64,000 bases of DNA, from contig OZ024742.1 of assembly GCA_964016885.1 (NCBI GenBank), forward strand, positions 169,570,001 to 169,634,000. The letters are read 5' to 3'. Both the position numbers and the translations under genes were made by a program. The stretch comes from Eledone cirrhosa. Lineage: Eukaryota. Below the pieces are notes generated by a model that made no database searches, was not told the DNA's origin, and saw only the letters and a program-made list of their open reading frames with translations. Positions 53,101-64,000 of the stretch are shown piece by piece (the stretch's first letter is position 1; each line of letters starts with the position of its first letter).

Positions 53101-56100
53101 ACTACTCCAGTTGTTGTTACTACTGCTCCAGTTGTTGTTACTACTACTCCAGTTGTTGTTACTACTACTCCAGTTGTTGTTACTACTACTCCAGTTGTTG
53201 TTACTACTGCTCCTGTTGTTGTTACTACTACTCCAGTTGTTGTTACTACTGCTCCAGTTGTTGTTACTACTGCTCCTGTTATTGTTACTACTACTCCTGT
53301 TGTTGTTACTACTACTCCAGTTGTTGTTACTACTACTCCAGTTGTTGTTACTACTACTCCAGTTGTTGTTACTACTGCTCCTGTTGTTGTTACTACTACT
53401 CCAGTTGTTGTTACTACTGCTCCAGTTGTTGTTACTACTACTCCAGTTGTTGTTACTACTGCTCCTGTTGTTGTTACTACTACTCTAGTTGTTGTTACTA
53501 CTACTCCTGTTGTTGTTACTACTACTCCAGTTGTTGTTACTACTGCTCCTGTTGTTGTTACTACTGCTCCTGTTGTTGTTACTACTACGCCTGTTGTTGT
53601 TACTACTACTCCTGTTGTTGTTACTACTACTCCAGTTGTTGTTACTACTACTCCAGTTGTTGTTACTACTGCTCCTGTTGTTGTTACTACTACTCCAGTT
53701 GTTGTTACTACTGCTCCTGTTGTTACTACTACTACAGTTGTTGTTACTACTGCTCCTGTTGTTGTTACTACTACTCCAGTTGTTGTTACTACTGCTCCTG
53801 TTATTGTTACTACTGCTCCAGTTGTTGTTACTACTACTCCAGTTGTTGTTACTACTGCTCCTGTTGTTGTTACTACTACTCCAGTTGTTGTTACTACTAC
53901 TCCTGTTGTTGTTACTACTACTCCAGTTGTTGTTACTACTACTCCTGTTGTTGTTACTACTACTCCAGTTGTTGTTACTACTACTCCTGTTGTTGTTACT
54001 ACTGCTCCTGTTGTTGTTACTACTACTCCCGTTGTTGTTACTACTGCTCCTTTTGTTGTTACTACTGCTCCTGTTGTTGTTACTACTGCTCCTGTTGTTG
54101 TTACTACTACTCCTGTTGTTGTTACTACTGCTCCTGTTGTTGTTGTTGTTGTTGTTACTACTGCTCCAGTTGTTACTACTGCTCCTGTTGTTGTTACTAC
54201 TGCTCCTGTTGTTGTTGTTGTTGTTCTTACTACTGCTCCAGTTGTTGTTACTATTGCTCCTGTTGTTGTTACTACTACTCCTGTTGTTGTTACTACTACT
54301 CCTGTTGTTGTTACTACTACTCCTGTTGTTGTTACTACTGCTCCTGTTGTTGTTGTTGTTGTTGTTACTACTGCTCCAGTTGTTGTTACTACTGCTCCTG
54401 TTGTTGTTACTACTGCTGCTCCAGTTGTTGTTACTACTACTCCTGTTGTTGTTACTACTACTCCTGTTGTTGTTACTACTGCCCCTGTTGTTGTTGTTGT
54501 TGTTGTTACTACTGCTCCAGTTGTTGTTACTACTACTCCTGTTGTTGTTACTACTACTCCTGTTGTTGTTACTACTACTCCTGTAGTTGTTGTTGTTTTT
54601 ACTACTACTCCAGTTGTTGTTACTACTACTCCTGTTGTTGTTACTACTACTCCTGTTGTTGTTACTACTACTCCTGTTGTTGTTACTACTACTCCTGTTG
54701 TTGTTACTACTACTCCTGTTGTTGTTACTACTACTCCTGTTGTTGTTACTACTGCTCCTGTTGTTACTACTGCTCGAGTTGTTGTTACTACTGCTCCAGT
54801 TGTTGTTACCACTACTCCCATTGTTACTACTGCTCCTGTTGTTGTTGTTGTTGTTACTACTGCTCCAGTTGTTGTTACTACTGCTCCTGTTGTTGTTACT
54901 ACTGCTCCAGTTGTTGTTACTACTACCCCAGTTGTTGTTACTACTGCTCCAGTTGTTGTTACTACTACTCCTGTTGTTGTTAATACTACTCCAGTTGTTG
55001 TTACTACTACTCCTGTTGTTGTAACTACTACTCCTGTTGTTGTTGTTGTTGTTGTTACTACTACTCCTGTTGTTGTTGCTACTAATCCTGTTGTTGTTAC
55101 TACTACTCCAGTTGTTGTTACTACTACTCCTATTGTTGTAACTACTACTCCTGTTGTTGTTGTTGTTGTTGTTACTACTGCTCCAGTTGTTGTTACTACT
55201 ACTCCAGTTGTTGTTGTTGTTGTTACTACTAATCCTGTTGTTGTTACTACTACTCCTGTTGTTGTTTCTACTGCTCCTGTTGTTGTTACTACTACTCCCG
55301 TTGTTGTTACTACTGCTCCTGTTGTTACTACTACTCCCGTTGTTGTTACTACTACTCCTGTTGTTGTTACTACTACTCCTGTTGTTGTTACTACTACTCC
55401 CGTTGTTGTTACTACTACTCCTGTTGTTGTTACTACTGCTCCTGTTGTTGTTACTACTACTCCCGTTGTTGTTACTACTATTCCTGTTGTTGTTACTACT
55501 ACTCCTGTTGTTGTTACTACTACTCCCGTTGTTGTTACTACTACTCCTGTTGTTGTTACTACTGCTCCTGTTGTTGTTACTACTGCTCCTGTTGTTGTTA
55601 CTACTGCTCCAGTTGTTGTTACTACTGCTCCTGTTGTTGTTACTACTACTCCCGTTGTTGTTACTACTACTCCTGTTGTTGTTACTACTACTCCTGTTGT
55701 TGTTACTACTGCTCCTGTTGTTGTAACTACTGCTCCTGTTGTTGTTACTACTGCTCCTGTTGTTGTTACTACTGCTCCTGTTGTTGTTACTACTACTCCC
55801 GTTGTTGTTACTACTACTCCTGTTGTTGTTACTACTACTCCTGTTGTTGTTGTTGTTGTTACTACTGCTCCAGTTGTTGTTACTACTACTCCAGTTGTTG
55901 TTGTTGTTGTTACTACTAATCCTGTTGTTGTTACTACTACTCCTGTTGTTGTTACTACTACTCCTGTTGTTGTTACTACTGCTCCTGTTGTTGTTGTTGT
56001 TGTTACTACTGCTCCAGTTGTTGTTACTACTGCTCCTGTTGTTGTTACTACTGCTCGAGTTGTTGTTACTACTACTCCTGTTGTTGTTACTACAACTCCT

Positions 56101-59100
56101 GTTGTTGTTGTTGTTGTTACTACTACTCCAGTTGTTGTTACTACTACTCCTGTTGTTGTTGTTGTTGTTACTACTACTCCTGTTGTTGTTACTACTACTC
56201 CTGTTGTTGTTACTACTACTCCTGTTGTTGTTACTACTACTCCTGTTGTTGTTACTACTGCTCCAGTTGTTGTTACTACTGCTCCAGTTGTTGTTACTAC
56301 TGCTCGAGTTGTTATTACTACTACTCCTGTTGTTGTTACTACTACTCCTGTTGTTGTTACTACTACTCCTGTTGTTGTTGTTGTTGTTACTACTACTCCA
56401 GTTGTTGTTACTACTGCTCCTGTTGTTGTTACTACTGCTCCATTTGTTGTTACTACTGCTCCTGTTGTTGTTGTTGTTGTTACTACTGCTCCTGTTGTTG
56501 TTATTGTTACTACTACTCCTGTTGTCGTTACTACTGCTCCTGTTGTTGTTACTACTGCTCCAGTTGTTGTTACTACTACGCCTGTTGTTGTTACTACTAC
56601 GCCTGTTGTTGTTACTACTGCTCCAGTTGTTGTTACTACTACTCCAGTTGTTGTTACTACTGCTCCTGTTGTTGTTGTTGTTACTACTACTCCTGTTGTT
56701 GTTGTTGTTGTTACTACTGCTCCTGTTGTTGTTACTACTGCTCCAGTTGTTGTTACTACTACTCCAGTTGTTGTTACTACTACGCCTGTTGTTGTTACTA
56801 CTGCTCCAGTTGTTGTTACTACTACTCCAGTTGTTGTTACTACTGCTCCTGTTGTTGTTGTTGTTACTACTACTCCTGTTGTTGTTGTTGTTGTTACTAC
56901 TGCTCCAGTTGTTGTTACTACTACTCCAGTTGTTGTTGTTGTTGTTACTACTAATCCTGTTGTTGTTACTACTACTCCTGTTGTTGTTACTACTACTCCT
57001 GTTGTTGTTACTACTGCCCCTGTTGTTGTTGTTGTTGTTACTACTGCTCCAGTTGTTGTTACTACTGCTCCTGTTGTTGTTACTACTGCTCGAGTTGTTG
57101 TTACTACTACTCCTGTTGTTGTTACTACTACTCCTGTTGTTGTTGTTGTTGTTACTACTACTCCAGTTGTTGTTACTACTACTCCTGTTGTTGTTGTTGT
57201 TGTTACTACTACTCCTGTTGTTGTTACTACTACTCCTGTTGTTGTTACTACTACTCCTGTTGTTGTTACTACTACTCCTGTTGTTGTTACTACTGCTCCA
57301 GTTGTTGTTACTACTGCTCCAGTTGTTGTTACTACTGCTCGAGTTGTTATTACTACTACTCCTGTTGTTGTTACTACTACTCCTGTTGTTGTTACTACTA
57401 CTCCTGTTGTTGTTGTTGTTGTTACTACTACTCCAGTTGTTGTTACTACTGCTCCTGTTGTTGTTACTACTGCTCCATTTGTTGTTACTACTGCTCCTGT
57501 TGTTGTTGTTGTTGTTGTTGTTACTACTGCTCCTGTTGTTGTTATTGTTACTACTACTCCTGTTGTCGTTACTACTGCTCCTGTTGTTGTTACTACTACT
57601 CCAGTTGTTGTTACTACTGCTCCTGTTGTTGTTACTACTACTCCAGTTGTTGTTACTACTGCTCCAGTTGTTGTTACTACTACTCCAGTTGTTGTTACTA
57701 CTGCTCCTGTTGTTGTTACTACTACTCTAGTTGTTGTTACTACTACTCCTGTTGTTGTTACTACTACTCCAGTTGTTGTTACTACTGCTCCTGTTGTTGT
57801 TACTACTGCTCCTGTTGTTGTTACTACTACTCCTGTTGTTGTTACTACTACTCCTGTTGTTGTTACTACTACTCCAGTTGTTGTTACTACTACTCCAGTT
57901 GTTGTTACTACTGCTCCTGTTGTTGTTACTACTACTCCAGTTGTTGTTACTACTGCTCCTGTTGTTACTACTACTACAGTTGTTGTTACTACTGCTCCTG
58001 TTGTTGTTACTACTACTCCAGTTGTTGTTACTACTGCTCCTGTTATTGTTACTACTGCTCCAGTTGTTGTTACTACTACTCCAGTTGTTGTTACTACTAC
58101 TCCTGTTGTTGTTACTACTACTCCAGTTGTTGTTACTACTACTCCTGTTGTTGTTACTACTACTCCAGTTGTTGTTACTACTACTCCTGTTGTTGTTACT
58201 ACTGCTCCTGTTGTTGTTACTACTACTCCCGTTGTTGTTACTACTGCTCCTTTTGTTGTTACTACTGCTCCTGTTGTTGTTACTACTGCTCCTGTTGTTG
58301 TTACTACTACTCCTGTTGTTGTTACTACTGCTCCTGTTGTTGTTGTTGTTGTTGTTACTACTGCTCCAGTTGTTACTACTGCTCCTGTTGTTGTTACTAC
58401 TGCTCCTGTTGTTGTTGTTGTTGTTCTTACTACTGCTCCAGTTGTTGTTACTATTGCTCCTGTTGTTGTTACTACTACTCCTGTTGTTGTTACTACTACT
58501 CCTGTTGTTGTTACTACTACTCCTGTTGTTGTTACTACTGCTCCTGTTGTTGTTGTTGTTGTTGTTACTACTGCCCCAGTTGTTGTTACTACTGCTCCTG
58601 TTGTTGTTACTACTGCTGCTCCAGTTGTTGTTACTACTACTCCTGTTGTTGTTACTACTACTCCTGTTGTTGTTACTACTGCCCCTGTTGTTGTTGTTGT
58701 TGTTGTTACTACTGCTCCAGTTGTTGTTACTACTACTCCTGTTGTTGTTACTACTACTCCTGTTGTTGTTACTACTACTCCTGTTGTTGTTACTACTACT
58801 CCTGTTGTTGTTACTACTACTCCTGTTGTTGTTACTACTACTCCTGTTGTTGTTACTACTGCTCCTGTTGTTACTACTGCTCGAGTTGTTGTTACTACTG
58901 CTCCAGTTGTTGTTACCACTACTCCCATTGTTACTACTGCTCCTGTTGTTGTTGTTGTTGTTACTACTGCTCCAGTTGTTGTTACTACTGCTCCTGTTGT
59001 TGTTACTACTGCTCCAGTTGTTGTTACTACTACCCCAGTTGTTGTTACTACTGCTCCAGTTGTTGTTACTACTACTCCTGTTGTTGTTAATACTACTCCA

Positions 59101-62100
59101 GTTGTTGTTACTACTACTCCTGTTGTTGTAACTACTACTCCTGTTGTTGTTACTACTGCTCCTGTTGTTGTTACTACTAATCCTGTTGTTGTTACTACTA
59201 CTCCTGTTGTTGTTGTTGTTGTTGTTACTACTACTCCTGTTGTTGTTACTACTAATCCTGTTGTTGTTACTACTACTCCAGTTGTTGTTACTACTACTCC
59301 TGTTGTTGTAACTACTACTCCTGTTGTTGTTGTTGTTGTTGTTACTACTGCTCCAGTTGTTGTTACTACTACTCCAGTTGTTGTTGTTGTTGTTGTTACT
59401 ACTAATCCTGTTGTTGTTACTACTACTCCTGTTGTTGTTTCTACTGCTCCTGTTGTTGTTACTACTACTGTTGTTGTTACTACTGCTCCTGTTGTTGTTA
59501 CTACTGCTCCTGTTGTCGTTACTACTACTCCCGTTGTTGTTACTACTGCTCCTGTTGTTGTTACTACTACTCCCGTTGTTGTTACTACTACTCCTGTTGT
59601 TGTTACTACTACTCCTGTTGTTGTTACTACTACTCCCGTTGTTGTTACTACTACTCTTGTTGTTGTTACTACTGCTCCTGTTGTTGTTACTACTACTCCC
59701 GTTGTTGTTACTACTATTCCTGTTGTTGTTACTACTACTCCTGTTGTTGTTACTACTACTCCCGTTGTTGTTACTACTACTCCTGTTGTTGTTACTACTG
59801 CTCCTGTTGTTGTTACTACTGCTCCTGTTGTTGTTACTACTGCTCCAGTTGTTGTTACTACTGCTCCTGTTGTTGTTACTACTACTCCCGTTGTTGTTAC
59901 TACTACTCCTGTTGTTGTTACTACTACTCCTGTTTTTGTTACTACTGCTCCTGTTGTTGTAACTACTGCTCCTGTTGTTGTTACTACTGCTCCTGTTGTT
60001 GTTACTACTGCTCCTGTTGTTGTTACTACTACTCCCGTTGTTGTTACTACTACTCCTGTTGTTGTTACTACTACTCCAGTTGTTGTTACTACTGCTCCTG
60101 TTGTTGTTACTACTACTCCTGTTGTTGTTACTACTGCTCCAGTTGTTGTTACTACTACTCCAGTTGTTGTTACTACTACTCCTGTTGTTGTTACTACTAC
60201 TCCAGTTGTTGTTACTACTACTCCAGTTGTTGTTACTACTACTCCTGTTGTTGTTACTACTACTCCTGTTGTTGTTGTTGTTGTTACTACTGCTCCAGTT
60301 GTTGTTACTACTACTCCAGTTGTTGTTGTTGTTGTTACTACTAATCCTGTTGTTGTTACTACTACTCCTGTTGTTGTTACTACTACTCCTGTTGTCGTTA
60401 CTACTGCTCCTGTTGTTGTTGTTGTTGTTACTACTGCTCCAGTTGTTGTTACTACTGCTCCTGTTGTTGTTACTACTGCTCGAGTTGTTGTTACTACTAC
60501 TCCTGTTGTTGTTACTACTACTCCTGTTGTTGTTGTTGTTGTTACTACTACTCCAGTTGTTGTTACTACTACTCCTGTTGTTGTTGTTGTTGTTACTACT
60601 ACTCCTGTTGTTGTTACTACTACTCCTGTTGTTGTTACTACTACTCCTGTTGTTGTTACTACTACTCCTGTTGTTGTTACTACTGCTCCAGTTGTTGTTA
60701 CTACTGCTCCAGTTGTTGTTACTACTGCTCGAGTTGTTATTACTACTACTCCTGTTGTTGTTACTACTACTCCTGTTGTTGTTACTACTACTCCTGTTGT
60801 TGTTGTTGTTGTTACTACTACTCCAGTTGTTGTTACTACTGCTCCTGTTGTTGTTACTACTGCTCCATTTGTTGTTACTACTGCTCCTGTTGTTGTTGTT
60901 GTTGTTGTTGTTACTACTGCTCCTGTTGTTGTTATTGTTACTACTACTCCTGTTGTCGTTACTACTGCTCCTGTTGTTGTTACTACTACTCCAGTTGTTG
61001 TTACTACTACTCCAGTTGTTGTTACTACTACGCCTGTTGTTGTTACTACTGCTCCAGTTGTTGTTACTACTACTCCAGTTGTTGTTACTACTGCTCCTAT
61101 TGTTGTTGTTGTTACTACTACTTCTGTTGTTGTTAATACTTCTCCAGTTGTTGTTACTACTACTCCTGTTGTTGTTACTACTACTCCTGTTGTTACTACT
61201 GCTCCAGTTGTTGTTTCTACTGCTCTTGTTGTTGTTACTACTACTCCTGTTGTTGTTACTACTACTCCTGTTGTTGTTGTTACTACTACTCCTGTTGTTG
61301 TTACTACTACTCCTGTTGTTGTTACTACTGCTCCTGTTGTTGTTACTACTACTCCTGTTGTTGTTACTACTACTCCTGTTGTTTTTACTACTACTCCTGT
61401 TGTTGTTGTTGTTGTTACTACTGCTCCAGTTGTTGTTACTACTGCTCCTGTTGTTGTTACTACTACTCCTTTTGTTGTTACTACTGCTCCTGTTGTTGTT
61501 ACTACTACTCCTGTTGTTGTTGTTACTACTGCTCCTGTTGTTGTTACTACTGCTCCTGTTATTGTTACTACTGCTCCAGTTGTTGTTACTACTATTCCAG
61601 TTGTTGTTACTACTGCTCCTGTTGTTGTTACTACTACTCCAGTTGTTGTTACTACTACTACTGTTGTTGTTACTACTACTCCAGTTGTTGTTACTACTAC
61701 TCCTGTTGTTGTTACTCCTACTCCAGTTGTTGTTACTACTACTCCAGTTGTTGTTACTACTGCTCCTGTTGTTGTTACTACTACTCCCGTTGTTGTTACT
61801 ACTGCTCCTGTTGTTGTTACTACTGCTCCTGTTGTTGTTACTACTACTCCTCTTGTTGTTACTACTGCTCCTGTTGTTGTTACTACTACTCCTGTTGTTG
61901 TTACTACTACTCCTGTTGTTGTTACCACTACTCCTGTTGTTGTTGTTGCTGTTACTACTGCTCCAGTTGTTGTTACTACTACTCCAGTTGTTGTTGTTGT
62001 TGTTACTACTAATCCTGTTGTTGTTACTACTACTCCTGTTGTTGTTACTACTACTCCTGTTGTTGTTACTACTGCTCCTGTTGTTGTTGTTGTTGTTACT

Positions 62101-64000
62101 ACTGCTCCAGTTGTTGTTACTACTGCTCCTGTTGTTGTTACTACTGCTCGAGTTGTTGTTACTACTACTCCTGTTGTTGTTACTACTGCTCCTGTTGTTG
62201 TTGTTGTTGTTGTTGTTGTTACTACTGCTCCTGTTGTTGTTATTGTTACTACTACTCCTGTTGTCGTTACTACTGCTCCTGTTGTTGTTACTACTACTCC
62301 AGTTGTTGTTACTACTACTCCAGTTGTTGTTACTACTACGCCTGTTGTTGTTACTACTGCTCCAGTTGTTGTTACTTCTACTCCAGTTGTTGTTACTACT
62401 GCTCCTGTTGTTGTTGTTGTTACTACTACTTCTGTTGTTGTTACTACTTCTCCAGTTGTTGTTACTACTACTCCTGTTGTTGTTACTACTACTCCTGTTG
62501 TTACTACTGCTCCAGTTGTTGTTACTACTACTCCTGTTGTTGTTACTACTACTCCTGTTGTTTTTACTACTACTCCTGTTGTTGTTGTTGTTGTTACTAC
62601 TGCTCCAGTTGTTGTTACTACTGCTCCTGTTGTTGTTACTACTACTCCTTTTGTTGTTACTACTGCTCCTGTTGTTGTTACTACTACTCCTGTTGTTGTT
62701 GTTACTACTGCTCCTGTTGTTGTTACTACTGCTCCTGTTGTTGTTGTTGTTACTACTGCTCCAGTTGTTGTTACTACTGCTCCTGTTGTTGTTACTACTA
62801 CTCCTGTGGTTGTTGTTACTACTACTCCCGTTGTTGTTACTACTGCTCCTGTTGTTGTTTCTACTGCTCTTGTTGTTGTTACTACTACTCCTGTTGTTGT
62901 TACTACTACTCCTGTTGTTGTTGTTACTACTACTCCTGTTGTTGTTACTACTACTCCTGTTGTTGTTACTACTGCTCCTGTTGTTGTTACTACTACTCCT
63001 GTTGTTGTTACTACTACTCCTGTTGTTGTTACTACTACTCCTGTTGTTGTTACTACTACTCCTGTTGTTGTTACTACTACTCCTGTTGTTGTTACTACTA
63101 CTCCTGTTGTTGTTGTTACTACTACTCCTGTTGTTGTTACTACTGCTCCTGTTGTTGTTGTTGTTGTTGTTACTACTGCTCCAGTTGTTGTTACTACTGC
63201 TCCTGTTATTGTTACTACTGCTCCAGTTGTTGTTACTACTACTCCAGTTGTTGTTACTACTGCTCCTGTTGTTGTTACTACTACTCCAGTTGTTGTTACT
63301 ACTACTACTGTTGTTGTTACTACTACTCCAGTTGTTGTTACTACTACTCCTGTTGTTGTTACTCCTACTCCAGTTGTTGTTACTACTACTCCAGTTGTTG
63401 TTACTACTGCTCCTGTTGTTGTTACTACTACTCCCGTTGTTGTTACTACTGCTTCTGTTGTTGTTACTACTGCTCCTGTTGTTGTTACTACTACTCCAGT
63501 TGTTGTTACTACTGCTCCAGTTGTTGTTACTACTACTCCAGTTGTTGTTACTACTACTCCAGTTGTTGTTACTACTACTCCAGTTGTTGTTACTACTGCT
63601 CCTGTTGTTGTTACTACTACTCCAGTTGTTGTTACTACTGCTCCAGTTGTTGTTACTACTGCTCCTGTTATTGTTACTACTACTCCTGTTGTTGTTACTA
63701 CTACTCCAGTTGTTGTTACTACTACTCCAGTTGTTGTTACTACTACTCCAGTTGTTGTTACTACTGCTCCTGTTGTTGTTACTACTACTCCAGTTGTTGT
63801 TACTACTGCTCCAGTTGTTGTTACTACTACTCCAGTTGTTGTTACTACTGCTCCTGTTGTTGTTACTACTACTCTAGTTGTTGTTACTACTACTCCTGTT
63901 GTTGTTACTACTACTCCAGTTGTTGTTACTACTGCTCCTGTTGTTGTTACTACTGCTCCTGTTGTTGTTACTACTACTCCTGTTGTTGTTACTACTACTC
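47114..64000 (+). CDS. Candidate giant exon encoding a Val/Thr/Pro-rich mucin-like tandem repeat (VVVTTTP/VVVTTAP)n; 3' end lies outside the window
   Basis: Frame starting at 47116 reads VLVVAFHITAPVVVISTPVVVTTTP... and I saw no stop before 64000 (about 5,628 codons). The last upstream in-frame stop is TGA at 47101-47103 and there is no in-frame ATG. Third-position variants are frequent (CCT/CCA/CCC, GTT/GTA/GTC/GTG, ACT/ACG/ACC). Confidence 0.5.
47140..64000. repeat. 21-bp compound trinucleotide tandem repeat (GTT)3(ACT)2(A/G)CT-CC(T/A/C), with kb-scale block duplications
   Basis: Directly visible; roughly 750-800 units; the GTT tract varies from about 2 to 9 triplets; no frame-shifting indel seen. 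Confidence 0.98.

Noticed and set aside
47394-61928. The 4,844-aa minus-strand ORF as a complete gene
   Set aside because: Its start is an incidental GTG variant inside the repeat, it has no signal peptide or unique domain, and it stops inside the repeat; retained only as the alternative-strand hypothesis
47123-63877. Poly-Leu ORFs on the + strand
   Set aside because: Shifted frame of the GTT/ACT repeat, repeatedly broken by TAG or TAA at variants that leave the VVVTTTP frame open

Overview
Eukaryotic, AT-rich, repeat-dominated DNA. The SINE and RTE families resemble those I recall from octopus (cephalopod) genomes; this assignment is unverified. The window has three zones. (1) 1-13.8 kb is a transposon graveyard: about 14 copies or fragments of one tRNA-derived SINE, five RTE-clade LINE remnants (the largest about 2.45 kb with a broken RT), a non-autonomous Helitron-like element, two degenerate MITEs and a degenerate hammerhead-like motif. 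(2) About 13.8-46.8 kb is a single ~33 kb tandem array of a 47-bp unit (about 700 copies) with kb-scale block duplications. Its monomer is homologous to a short tandem unit in the 3' UTR of the neighbouring RTE LINEs, and the array starts right behind an RTE tail. (3) 47.1 kb to the window end is a 21-bp-unit repeat that is stop-free on the + strand for about 5,600 codons, reading (VVVTTTP/VVVTTAP)n. It begins just after a plausible splice acceptor and is missing from the supplied ORF track. It is a candidate giant mucin-like exon; the antiparallel frame, (GVVVTTT)n, is also open. No prokaryotic genes, CRISPR arrays, rRNA or intact tRNA genes were seen. All coordinates were read by eye and the ends of degenerate elements are approximate.
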